Shown here: one piece after another, positions 22,114-35,052 of the stretch
How positions within the stretch are numbered: the stretch's first letter is position 1
Layout of the letters: each line of letters starts with the position of its first letter
Assembly: GCA_950097015.1 (NCBI GenBank)
Contig: CATNEN010000034.1
Location: forward strand, 5,828,001 to 5,892,000
Length of the DNA stretch: 64,000 nt
Source of the DNA: Macrostomum hystrix
Taxonomy: Eukaryota > Animalia > Platyhelminthes
Reading direction: 5' to 3'
Notes under the pieces: generated by a model
The model's input: only the letters and a program-made list of their open reading frames with translations
Databases searched by the model: none
What the model was told of the DNA's origin: nothing
Position numbers and translations under genes: made by a program

Positions 22114-22451
22114 GCCGCAACCCAACCGCATCACTTTTTAAAATCACTTGTACCACTTGCAAAATCCGTCTTTTCTAATAGATTTTGACTAGATTTAATT
22201 GTACCAAACGTTAAATTATCTTCATATTGCTAATAATGTCACTTTTGAAGCCTTCAAATTTCCGGATTTGAAAAAATCGGTGCGGCTGGACATTGGGCTG
22301 ATCACTTGCGTCCTAATTGCTTTTGACTAGATTCTTGTACCGTTTTTAATTTATAAAATTTCAGCAAAATGCGCATCTTTTGAGCTGCTGAAAAGACGGA
22401 TTTTGCAAGTGGTACAAGTGATTTTAAAAAGTGATGCGGCTGGGTTGCGGC
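22114..22451. mobile_element. MITE (338 bp, ~62 bp terminal inverted repeats, TA flanks)
   Basis: 22114-22175 is the reverse complement of 22390-22451 with one mismatch; TA on both sides. Confidence 0.75.
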
Positions 22452-23326
22452 TAGAGAGACACGTCGGTCTTAAAATTGTCTCAACAAGCTCGATCTTAAG
22501 TAGGCACACGAGGCAGAAAGAAGTCATATTTTCAAAAGGCTAAAAATGATTTTTTAATCTTTCAAAATAATTGTTTTTAGATATGTCTTCGTCGAACTAC
22601 ACTTTAAGATCGTCGTATGTGTACTCCAATGTGACGACAATATTTCTGCCATTTATGAACGAGTCCACTTTATAGACAAGAAGTCCTCGCAACTTCAATT
22701 TGCATCCTATTGCACTTCTGTGGTCTATAATTGCTGACAGATTTATGGCTGCGATTGAGAAGATCACCGGCAGCGTTAGAAAGCTAACTGTATTTACCCC
22801 AGACACTAGCGCTGATGAGGGCCAGCAGCTGGTTAAACTGGGGCAAACTAGATGATCAACCAGATCACCATTATTAATGATCGAAGATGGTGATCGAGCT
22901 CGGCTTTCTAGCCTGCCTGTTCCATGAGATGGGATAGCAGACTGAGATCGGATAATCGACTGGGATGAGACATCTATTCAATCTATTCATTGTTGGGTTG
23001 TAGACATTTGAAAATGTCTCTATTTGAAAACAGCTACTTCAAATAATTACGTCTCTAAAAATTTGAAAGCATTTTAAATTGCTATAACAAAAGTCTTTCC
23101 ATTTATTGTTGATTGTTAAATTAAGTAGTACAAATGATGCGCATCCAATTAAAATATATTAATTACTCAAAGAAAATTACTAAAGAATGTAGTCACGGCA
23201 TTTCCAATGCCCACAACTGAAGCGCAAATTTAACAGTGAAGAATTTAGCGCTTTATCGTTTGAACACTTTTTGTCGCGTTTGCGTCAGGACTAGTGTGAC
23301 TTATTTTTTTAATTTGAGTCAATCAG

Positions 23327-25930
23327 ATGGCTCTGTACGAAATATTTTCTCATCCTGAGGTTAGAGTGTATAAATCTACGATAGTTTCAAAGGCTTCATT
23401 ATTTCTTATTTTCTGCATTATCCTGACATTCGTCGCCCCATTTCTATCTGTTTATCGAGCCTATGGTAAGACGATTTTCATAAAGCTAATAGTAGAAATA
23501 TAAGAATAATAACAACTATATTTTTAAGTAAAAAACTGCTTCAGTACAATTTGACCTACTATATAGAGTAAATTTTGCACGCAAAAAACATTTTCCTTTT
23601 TTATACTATAAATATATAAAAGTGTGATGATTGTTTATTAATTTATGTTTTTGTTTCCTTCTATCATAGTACTGCAAAAGGTAGACACAAAAAACAAAAA
23701 CATATTTAGGCAGTTCCTTTTGGTGATTGTATGAATAACTAAATGAGTGCAACTATTGTAGTCATGGAAATGTTTGCACAAGCAAGTACTGCCTAACTGG
23801 CAACAAGACAAGTGCATGGTGACTATATTGTGCAAATTAGCCTGATTTCTAACATTATAATTTTTAAGTCAGATTAGAATGCTGAATGTTGCTAATGCCT
23901 ACAGACAAGCATAAAAATGCATAAGTAGTTATTAGTCATGTCACTATTAGACATTAAATCCTTTTCTTATTTAAATGATCACAGTAAGAATATCCTTTGT
24001 TTTTTATTCTTACTTATTGCTTGACTAAAAAAAATTTGCCTGAAAAGGTCATGTGGTAAACAAAATGCAATTTGCATATATACCTCACATTCATGTTCGC
24101 CTTTTATAACAGCATATATTTTGTGTTTTTAAGTCACAAAAAAAATTCGAAAATATGTTTACTTCTTCGGAACTGACAGAATGTACATGCAACTATTTCA
24201 TAAAACCCAACAGGCTTTTGGAAGAAGGAGGACTTCTACACTGAGCAGCCCGATGTGCGTTTCAAATACCAGGCAATTTTGTTGCTCAGCACCAGTACAA
24301 GCCAGTGGACCTGGAGCACGATGTCAAATCTGAATGCCCTGCAGCAGGCAAACCTTCTGGCTGTACAAATGAAGGTCACTGAGGTTGACTCCAACTTGGA
24401 CGGAAAATACGAATCGTTGCATGTCCAGATTGAGGCTCCACTCGCATCTAGCGAGAACATTCTGGCAGCAAAGCTCATCCTTTTATTTGACTACGAATTG
24501 ACCGTAAGCTGCTATAGAAAAAATAGAATGATAGAATATATTTATAGATGAAAGAGAGGCCTGCTATTCTCTAGAGCGAATCCTATCATCGATTGAAGGG
24601 AATCCTGTTATCGATTGAAGGGAATCCTGTTATCGATCGAAGGGAATCCTGTTATCGATCGAAGGGAATCCTGTTATCGATCGAAGGGAATCCTGTTATC
24701 GATCAAACGGAATCCCGCTATGGATAATGAAAAATACTGCGATGGATAGGGTGGAATTCTATTGTCGGTCCACGTAAATCCCGTTATTGACTCAAGGAAA
24801 TTAAGTTGGCTAAATTGTCTCCGAACTCCGCAGAAAATGTCCTCATTCGCGATGCAATGCATGGCCTATTTGGACTATTCGTCAAGTCGGCCGGGAGCGT
24901 CTCTGTCGGCCAGCGGCCAGCTGAGCTTCAAACAGAAAACTCCCCTAAAGTATACAGGCACCGACGTGCGCTACAATGTGAGACTTCAGAACTATTTAAT
25001 ACGAGTAATAATATGACGAAATTTTTTAAATTTGAACAGCACTAAGATTCGTTCAATTTCCGGAGCAGGTGTCCGTCGTGCCCAGCACTAGCGTCATCAG
25101 CTCGGATTATCAACTGTCCAAGATTTTCTCCGACTATCAAAAACGAAATGGTGAGGCTTTGCTTTTCTTAAATTTCTCAGCTAAAGTACAAAATTAAGAA
25201 CAAATTTAATGTACATTCATTTTGATGAGAGGCAAGATAATCTAATTTTTTATGTAAATGATCCTTGTGGTTATAGAGAATCTTGCTTATGTACATTACG
25301 TTTGCGGGGTTAGAGAATCTAGCTAATGTACATTATATTTGTGGGGTTAGAGAATCTAGCTAACGTATATTACGTTTGCGGGGTTAGAGAATCTAGCTAA
25401 TGTACATTATATTTGTGGGGTTAGAGAATCTAGCTAATGTACATTATATTTGTGGGGTTAGAGAATCTAGCTAATGTATATTATATTTGTGGGGTTAGAG
25501 AATATAGCGAATGTATATTGTTTGTGGGGCTAGAGAATCTAGCTAATGTACATTATGTTTGTGGGGTTAGAGAATCTAGCTAATGTACATTATATTTGTG
25601 GGGTTAGAGAATCAAGGTAGAAAACACTCAGTCGCACCTCAATCCCACCCAGTGAGCACGATGTACGAGCACGCTCTGTACGTATGGGAAACTGGCCGAC
25701 CGACCAACGAGCCGTTTAGGCTAAACGCCACCGTGCACTATCCGCCTGCGAGGATTCTGTACTTGCCAGGCTTCTGGCATCTGATCAAGTGGGCTTGGGT
25801 CCAGTACGTGTCAATGCTGCTGGTGTTTCTATTTGTGTTCGATCGCATCAAAGTGTTTACCTTCCAGAACCAGATCATCGGTACGCTGGTTCAGCGACCA
25901 AAAGTACCGTGCAAGCTTCACGGCAACTGA
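23327..25930 (+). CDS. TMEM231: Transmembrane protein 231 (ciliary transition zone), 5 exons, ~310 aa
   Basis: Exons 23327-23465, 24214-24503, 24834-24977, 25069-25150 and 25653-25930, phase compatible. MALYEIFSHP, GFWKK..EQPDVRF, YLPGFWHLIKWAWVQYVSMLLVFLFVFDRIKVFTFQNQ are characteristic of the family. Confidence 0.93.
24583..24710. repeat. 22 bp minisatellite (ATCGATTGAAGGGAATCCTGTT), ~6 copies, TMEM231 intron 2
   Basis: Direct periodicity. Confidence 0.9.
25268..25612. repeat. 37 bp minisatellite (GTGGGGTTAGAGAATCTAGCTAATGTACATTATATTT), ~9 copies, TMEM231 intron 4
   Basis: Direct periodicity. Confidence 0.92.
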
Positions 25931-26309
25931 ATGAATAAATTTCGTATATATTATTCGCAACTCGCTACTTGCATCGCTACTCAGATTCCAGGTCAAAATA
26001 TGAACTTACAAATATATATCAAGTTCACAATGAATCCTCTATGATTAACTATTTTTGCGTTGTATTTAACGAACTGTAAATTACTTATAGAGAATGCTGC
26101 TAGCTGTTTATCATGTATGTTCATTGGGTGAACATTCGTCCAATGGAATGATCATCCTAAAGTTTTGTCTTATAGAAATAAAAAATGCTTTACAGATGCT
26201 CGGGCTGGCCCGAAATAGATTCTCTGTATTGACACTTTTTTATAAGCCAGGGCTTTCCAGCTCTGTGAAAAATACACTGGTTAGTTGTACGAGTAGATCA
26301 TCTAGCCAC

Positions 26310-27885
26310 GTGACTCAGTACTGGCTCACTAGATATATTCACGACAATGCAGTTCCGTGACTCAGTACTGGCTCACTAGATATATTCACGACAATGCAGT
26401 TACGTGACTCAGTACTGACTCACTAGATATATTCACGACAATGCAGTTCCGTGACTCAGTACTGGCTCACTAGATATATTCACGACAATGCAGTTCCGTG
26501 ACTCAGTACTGGCTCACTAGATATATTCACGACAATGCAGTTCCGTGACTCAGTACTGACTCACTAGATATATTCACGACAATGCAGTTCCGTGACTCAG
26601 TACTGGCTCACTAGATATATTCACGACAATGCAGTTCCGTGACTCAGTACTGGCTCACTAGATATATTCACGACAATGCAGTTCCGTGACTCAGTACTGG
26701 CTCACTAGATATATTCACGACAATGCAGTTCCGTGACTCAGTACTGGCTCACTAGATATATTCACGACAATGCAGTTCCGTGACTCAGTACTGGCTCACT
26801 AGATATATTCACGACAATGCAGTTCCGTGACTCAGTACTGGCTCACTAGATATATTCACGACAATGCAGTTCCGTGACTCAGTACTGGCTCACTAGATAT
26901 ATTCACGACAATGCAGTTCCGTGACTCTGTACTGGCTCACTAGATATATTCACGACAATGCAGTTCCGTGACTCAGTACTGGCTCACTAGATATATTCAC
27001 GACAATGCAGTTCCGTGACTCAGTACTGACTCACTAGATATATTCACGACAATGCAGTTCCGTGACTCAGTACTGACTCACTAGATATATTCACGACAAT
27101 GCAGTTCCGTGACTCAGTACTGGCTCACTAGATATATTCACGACAATGCAGTTCCGTGACTCAGTACTGACTCACTAGATATATTCACGACAATGCAGTT
27201 CCGTGACTCAGTACTGACTTACTAGATATATTCACGACAATGCAGTTCCGTGACTCAGTACTGGCTCACTAGATATATTCACGACAATGCAGTTCCGTGA
27301 CTCTGTACTGGCTCACTAGATATATTCACGACAATGCAGTTCCGTGACTCAGTACTGGCTCACTAGATATATTCACGACAATGCAGTTCCGTGACTCAGT
27401 ACTGGCTGACTAGATATATTCACGACAATGCAGTTCCGTGACTCAGTACTGACTCACTAGATATATTCACGACAATGCAGTTCCGTGACTCAGTACTGGC
27501 TCACTAAATTATTCACGACAATGCAGTTCCGTGACTCAGTACTGGCTCACTAGATATATTCACGACAATGCAGTTCCGTGACTCTGTACTGGCTCACTAG
27601 ATATATTCACGACAATGCAGTTCCGTGACTCAGTACTGGCTCACTAAATATATTCACGACAATGCAGTTCCGTGACTCAGTACTGGCTCACTAAATATAT
27701 TCACGACAATGCAGTGCCGTGACTCAGTACTGACTCACTAGATATATTCACGACAATGCAGTTCCGTGACTCAGTACTGGCTCACTAGATATATTCACGA
27801 CAATGCAGTTCCGTGACTCAGTACTGACTCACTAGATATATTCACGACAATGCAGTTCCGTGACTCAGTACTGACTCACTAGATA
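26310..27885. repeat. 47 bp satellite, ~33 highly homogeneous copies
   Basis: Unit GTGACTCAGTACTGGCTCACTAGATATATTCACGACAATGCAGTTCC. Confidence 0.97.
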
Positions 27886-28363
27886 TCTCTCGGATAGACA
27901 GGCCAAGAGCGGAACATTGCGTGGCTTTAGGCAGAGGCTTTGGTTGGGGTATTAGCACGACTCAAATTTTATGAGCCAGTGTTGCCTAGTAATAAAATAT
28001 TTTTTTTCAATACTGTCAGTTAGTCCCTATATAGGCATGCAAACGTCATAAGTTATTTCTACTCGTAGGCGGGTTCTGCACAAGCGATTTACCCTCGTAT
28101 CAACTGGTCTGGAAGTGCATAAATTATTGACCATATTCCGCCTGCGCCATTGTCATTAAATCGCGAGCCAGAGCGACGCGAAACGTTTTAGCCTTGATGG
28201 TTACGTTGTTTGCACGGATGTGAGGAGTGATGGATGCTAAATTCAATCATCAAACATTTCTGATGAGTATATAATCCTCATGAGTTGGATGAACAAGTTT
28301 CTCATTAGCTATAAGCATCTCTTGAGATCATAGCAACAGCTAAAACAGCATCAGTAAGCAACT

Positions 28364-31300
28364 ATGACGAATCATTTTCAACGCAGTGGTAGTCACGCCG
28401 CGATCATCTTCTTGTGTTTAACAGCAACAGCTGCAGCATCGGGTAAGCTTTCAGTCTATAGTTATATCTAACTTTCAGTTTCAACCATTTTTATTAGCAG
28501 ATTTAAATTTACTGTATAGAATACCTTAAGGAGTATGTCAATACCCGTATTGATCTCACATATATCCACATCTCCCAAAATCTTCAACCAATCACAATGA
28601 AAATCCAGAACACAGGCAAAAATTTTATAGTTAATCCTGAAGGGATTAACATATGGTGGGCAATTCACGAAAATCGGTCATTCGGTTTGGGAGTTCCCGT
28701 GAATTAGGCATTTGAAATACCCGCGTGGTCTATCCCTAGTGGGGGAATATAGCGTGGTCTATCCCTAGTGGGGAATATAGCGTGGTCTATCCCTAGTGGG
28801 GAATATAGCGTGGTCTTTCCCTAGTGGGGGAATATAGCGTGGTCTATCCCTAGTGGGGGAATATAGCGTGGTCTTTCCCTAGTGGGGGAATATAGCGTGG
28901 TCTATCCCTAGTGGGGGAATATAGCGTGGTCTATCCCTAGTGGGGGAATATAGCGTGGTCTTTCCCTAGTGGGGGAATATAGCGTGGTCTTTCCCTAGTG
29001 GGGGAATATAGCGTGGTCTTTCCCTAGTGGGGGAATATAGCGTGCTCTTTCCCTAGTGGGGAATATAGCGTGGTCTTTCCCTAGTGGGGAATATAGCGTG
29101 GTCTATCCCTAGTGGGGGAATATAGCGTGGTCTATCCCTAGTGGGGGAATATAGCGTGGTCTATCCCTAGTGGGGGAATATAGCGTGGTCTATCCCTAGT
29201 GGGGGAATATAGCGTGGTCTTTCCCTAGTGGGGGAATATAGCGTGGTCTATCCCTAGTGGGGGAATATAGCGTGGTCTATCCCTAGTGGGGGAATATAGC
29301 GTGGTCTTTCCCTAGTGGGGGAATATAGCGTGGTCTTTCCCTAGTGGGGAATATAGCGTGCTCTTTCCCTAGTGGGGAATATAGCGTGGTCTATCCCTAG
29401 TGGGGAATATAGCGTGGTCTTTCCCTAGTGGGGGAATATAGCGTGGTCTATCCCTAGTGGGGAATATAGCGTGGTCTATCCCTAGTGGGGGAATATAGCG
29501 TGGTCTATCCCTAGTGGGGGAATATAGCGTGGTCTATCCCTAGTGGGGGAATATAGCGTGGTCTTTCCCTAGTGGGGGAATATAGCGTGGTCTATCCCTA
29601 GTGGGGGAATATAGCGTGGTCTATCCCTAGTGGGGGAATATAGCGTGGTCTATCCCTAGTGGGGGAATATAGCGTGGTCTTTCCCTAGTGGGGAATATAG
29701 CGTGGTCTTTCCCTAGTGGGGGAATATAGCGTGGTCTTTCCCTAGTGGGGGAATATAGCGTGGTCTATCCCTAGTGGGGGAATATAGCGTGGTCTATCCC
29801 TAGTGGGGGAATATAGCGTGGTCTATCCCTAGTGGGGGAATATAGCGTGGTCTTTCCCTAGTGGGGGAATATAGCGTGGTCTATCCCTAGTGGGGAATAT
29901 AGCGTGGTCTATCCCTAGTGGGGGAATATAGCGTGGTCTATCCCTAGTGGGGGAATATAGCGTGGTCTTTCCCTAGTGGGGGAATATAGCGTGGTCTTTC
30001 CCTAGTGGGGAATATAGCGTGGTCTATCCCTAGTGGGGAATATAGCGTGGTCTATCCCTAGTGGGGGAATATAGCGTGGTCTATTCCCTAGTGGGGAATA
30101 TAGCGTGGTCTATCCCTAGTGGGGGAATATAGCGTGGTCTATCCCTAGTGAGGGAATATAGCGTGGTCTATCCCTAGTGGGGAATATAGCGTGGTCTTTC
30201 CCTAGTGAGGGAATATAGCGTGGTCTATCCCTAGTGAGGGAATATAGCGTGGTCTTTCCCTAGTGGGGGAATATAGCGTGGTCTATCCCTAGTGGGGGAA
30301 TATAGCGTGGTCTATCCCTAGTGAGGGAATATAGCGTGGTCTTTCCCTAGTGAGGGAATATAGCGTGGTCTTTCCCTAGTGGGGGAATATAGCGTGGTCT
30401 TTCCCTAGTGAGGGAATATAGCGTGGTCTTTCCCTAGTGGGGGAATATAGCGTGGTCTATCCCTAGTGGGGGAATATAGCGTGGTCTATCCCTAGTGGGG
30501 GAATATAGCGTGGTCTATCCCTAGTGGGGAATATAGCGTGGTCTATCCCTAGTGGGGGAATATAGCGTGGTCTATCCCTAGTGGGGGAATATAGCGTGGT
30601 CTATCCCTAGTGGGGGAATATAGCGTGGTCTATCCCTAGTGGGGAATATAGCGTGGTCTATCCCTAGTGAGGGAATATAGCGTGGTCTTTCCCTAGTGGG
30701 GGAATATAGCGTGGTCTATCCCTAGTGGGGGAATATAGCGTGGTCTATCCCTAGTGAGGGAATATAGCGTGGTCTTTCCCTAGTGAGGGAATATAGCGTG
30801 GTCTTTCCCTAGTGGGGGAATATAGCGTGGTCTTTCCCTAGTGAGGGAATATAGCGTGGTCTTTCCCTAGTGGGGAATATAGCGTGGTCTATCCCTAGTG
30901 GGGGAATATAGCGTGGTCTATCCCTAGTGGGGAATATAGCGTGGTCTATCCCTAGTGGGGGAATATAGCGTGGTCTATCCCTAGTGGGGAATATAGCGTG
31001 GTCTTTCCCTAGTGCGGGAATATAGCGTGGTCTTTCCCTAGTGCGGGAATATAGCGTGGTCTATCCCTAGTGCGGGAATATAGCGTGGTCTATCCCTAGT
31101 GCGGGAATATAGCGTGGTCTTTTCCTAGTGGGGGAATATAGCGTGGTCTTTCCCTAGTGCGGGAATATAGCGTGGTCTATCCCTAGTGGGGGAATATAGC
31201 GTGGTCTATCCCTAGTGGGGGAATATAGCGTGGTCTTTCCCTAGTGCGGGAATATAGCGTGGTCTATCCCTAGTGGGGGAATATAGCGTGGTCTTTCCCT

Positions 31301-34300
31301 AGTGCGGGAATATAGCGTGGTCTATCCCTAGTGGGGGAATATAGCGTGGTCTATCCCTAGTGGGGGAATATAGCGTGGTCTTTCCCTAGTGGGGAATATA
31401 GCGTGGTCTATCCCTAGTGGGGGAATATAGCGTGGTCTATCCCTAGTGGGGGAATATAGCGTGGTCTTTCCCTAGTGGGGAATATAGCGTGGTCTATCCC
31501 TAGTGGGGGAATATAGCGTGGTCTATCCCTAGTGGGGGAATATAGCGTGGTCTATCCCTAGTGGGGGAATATAGCGTGGTCTATCCCTAGTGGGGGAATA
31601 TAGCGTGGTCTATCCCTAGTGCGGGAATATAGCGTGGTCTATCCCTAGTGCGGGAATATAGCGTGGTCTTTCCCTAGTGGGGAGGGGGAATATGTGGTCT
31701 ATTGTGAGCTATGTCATACAGGTACAAGGCTAGAATTCTAGTATGTGGATGTACTTAAGGTAATTATTCGATTAACTAGTTCACTTGCTTATTAGAAATC
31801 ATTATCACCCATTAAATCACGTCAGTGTTCTCAAGCGACCCGGTCTCAGCGATGACCAGCGCTGCACTGACTTCAACGCCGGGTGTCTCACTGATAGAAT
31901 GTGCTGTGCGCTGCAACTTCTTTGACTTCAGCCTCTGCGCCGCCGTCGCTTTCGTGCCCGACACCAAGCTCTGTCTGTTCTCTGCGGCGAAGAGCGCCGA
32001 TATTAATCGGGCCTACCCGACGGCTATTGTGGTTCGACGATACTTGGATGACATGTACAGTGAGTTGATGCACGAGACTGAGGCTGAGATTCGCCGGTTC
32101 CGGTCTAAAGAACGGGTCCTTTCACATGCATAAATCCCCCTTCACCGAAAGCAAAGTCCCAATTAACTGCTCTATTAATTCGGCCTAATGACACTTTTTA
32201 ATGGGTCTAGCTGCAAAGAGTGAATAAGACGACGAAATTTTGTAATAATATTTGTTCTTTTAATGAGCATTTCTTAATGATAGATTAATTTCTATAGTCT
32301 TTGGGCAATACAGTGTACGAGATTCATGACAGCAATCAATTAAAATCATTAAAATGTAAGCAATAAAAGCATACAAATGATTAAAGTACTGCATATCTCA
32401 CCTGTTACACTTCATACTTCAGGATGCTACACCTCATACCTTCAGGTTGCTTCACCTCATACCTTCAGGTTGCTACACCTTATACCTTCAGGTTGCTACA
32501 CCTCATACCTTCAGGTTGTTACACATCATACCTTCAGGATGTTACACCTCATACCTTCAGGTTTTTACACATCATACCTTCAGGTTGCTACACCTCATAC
32601 CTTCAGGTTGCTACACCTCATACCTTCAGGTTGCTTCACCTCATACCTTCAGGTTGCTTCACCTTATACCTTCAGGTTGCTACACCTCATACCTTCAGGT
32701 TGCTACACCTCATACCTTCAGGTTGCTACACCTCATACCTTCAGGTTGTTACACATCATACCTTCAGGTTGCTTCACCTCATACCTTCAGGTTGCTTCAC
32801 CTCATACCTTCAGGTTGCTACACCTCATACCTTCAGGTTGCTACACCTCATACCTTCAGGTTGTTACACATCATACCTTCAGGTTGTTACACATCATACC
32901 TTCAGGTTGCTACACCTCATACCTTCAGGATGCTACACCTCATACCTTCAGGTTGCTTCACCTCATACCTTCAGGTTGCTACACCTCATACCTTCAGGTT
33001 GTTACACATCATACCTTCAGGTTGCTACACCTCATACCTTCAGGTTGTTACACATCATGCCTTCAGGTTGCTTCACCTCATACCTTCAGGTTGCTTCACC
33101 TCATACCTTCAGGTTGCTTCACCTCATACCTTCAGGTTGCTTCACCTCATACCTTCAGGTTGCTTCACCTCATACCTTCAGGTTGCTTCACCTCATACAT
33201 TCAGGTTGCTTCACCTCACAATGGCCTACACATTCAATCACTCAAAACTGACCCTTGAACCCCTCCTTGACGGGACAAAGTTGTGATCTATAGCAGCTCG
33301 GATGTCGGAAATATCTGGAGTACAGGAAAGAATCACGATCATAGGCTAACTTACACACTGCTCGCACGCAGACACGTACGCTGTGGTCGGCAGTCGAATA
33401 TTCCGGGTCATTCAGCAGCGCTCCAAAGGCAGTTTGAGCTTCGCTCGCACCTGGACAGAGTATGAAAACGGATTCGGTGATGAGTCGGACTTTTGGATCG
33501 GTGAGTTCAGTTCAAACTTCTCAGCAGAACCCGAAAGCTCGAAAACAAAACCCGAAAACAAACGAGTTGGGCGTGAGTCGCAGAGCGGTTAACGCGTCTG
33601 CATTTCGCACCAAGGTCCCTGAGCTCGATTCCGCGGTGAGGTCACATTCATTTGGGGCGCAGCCGCGGAGAGAAGGCTTGGGGGGCTTGTCGTGCAATTT
33701 AAGCCATTGAGGGCAACCTCCAAGGCACAGTGAGAATTTACACTGTCTGACGTGTAATGAGAAATTACACGTTAACTTCTGAGAAATTAAATGAGAAAGT
33801 CAGGTTAGATGTACACACCCTGTGAGTGTGTGCCTGCGTACGTTATCTGTGTGTGCGTGTGCTCAGGAGTCAGTGAAATCGGCAGAATTGCCTCCTCGCA
33901 ATGATGTGCCATTGCCCTCAGCCCTCCTGAAATTATTATTTTAATTTTAAACTGCACACACTATATGCCCACCGCCCAGGACTTCGCACTATCAACCAGC
34001 TGACAGGAAGCACTCCCAGACTCATCCGAGTGGAAGCCGTCACCTGGTCGAATGTCCTGTACGCTTTCGAGTACGCCAACTTCACTGTGGGCAACGCCAG
34101 CACCAAATACATAATGAATTTCGCATCATATCTCTCTGGCAGCTCAAACACAACCGATAACCCTCTCTACTACCACAATGGCATGAAGTTCTCCACAATG
34201 GATCAGGACAATGATATGCACCCCTCTGGCTCGTGCTCAATTAGCCTAAATGGCAACGGCGGCTGGTGGTTCAACTACTGCTCCTCCCTCAACCCAAACG

Positions 34301-34410
34301 GTATTTACTATCCAAGCGCCGTTGTGAACGGGGACAGGGCTATGTACCTGTTCGGAGCCGGTAGCACCTCTGCCGCCCTGCAGAGCATTAGGATTCTGCT
34401 GCTACAATAG
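28364..34410 (+). CDS. Secreted PAN/apple + fibrinogen-related domain (FReD) protein, 4 exons, ~290 aa
   Basis: Exons 28364-28442 (signal-peptide-like AAIIFLCLTATAAAS), 31826-32059 (ECAVRC..CAAVAF..C PAN pattern), 33372-33500 (VIQQR..SF.RTW.EYENGFG..DFWIG) and 33980-34410 (HNGMKFSTMDQDND..C..GGWWFNYCSSLNPNGIY); all introns phase 1. Confidence 0.82.
28723..31695. repeat. 28-29 bp satellite (GGGGGAATATAGCGTGGTCTWTCCCTAGT), ~100 copies, in FReD intron 1
   Basis: Direct periodicity. Confidence 0.97.
32410..33220. repeat. 23 bp minisatellite (CTTCAGGTTGCTACACCTCATAC), ~35 copies, FReD intron 2
   Basis: Direct periodicity; explains the three overlapping spurious ORFs. Confidence 0.95.
33562..33945 (+). 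mobile_element. tRNA-derived SINE family 1 copy in FReD intron 3
   Basis: A box GTCGCAGAGCGG, B box AGCTCGATTCC, shared body and an ATT-rich tail. Confidence 0.8.
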
Positions 34411-35052
34411 GATGCGTGGTTCGAGATTTTCTGTAGAACAATGTCGTAAAACTTTGCTATTAGAAAAACGTACTTACTCGCTTCACCATTTTTGTTGTCT
34501 TTTTTCTGAACATTTTTTATCAACTGGTGTCTTCTAGTCTTAATTTTTCTTGAATTCTCAGAACTAGCTGACTATTCATTGTTTTCTTTTGGCTTAAAAA
34601 ACTTATATTTTAGTAGCATGTATTCTAAGCTATAGTATATGAAACATTTTGGAAAATGACAATGTGTACTCTTGTACGCTCGTACTCGTACTCGTAAATG
34701 AAAACTTCTGAGCTACTCATAGTAATACGTTTTCATCAAATAATAAAAAGTCGTTTAAATACCTACATTTTTTTTCTTTATCTCTTAAAATATTTCATTA
34801 ATTACCATATAATACGGAACACGGGCTAAAATGTACCACTCTATTCGATGAAACAACTTCCAGAATCACAAAAAAATTGGCATCGATATTTAATGATTCT
34901 CGTCGGGTGTTTGGTGGCGAAAAACAATACAGGCTATAATTTTTCTGCTCACTAAACTTCATCATGTAGCTACGAGCATATGTCGGCTATTTTGTTGATT
35001 TTTTTATTAATTAATTATGTTGTTAATTATTACATGATTTTTCCTATATGGA

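Noticed and set aside
26310-27885. CRISPR array (palindromic 47-bp repeat; likewise the 33-bp and 29-bp arrays)
   Set aside because: No unique spacers, eukaryotic context, and no cas genes.
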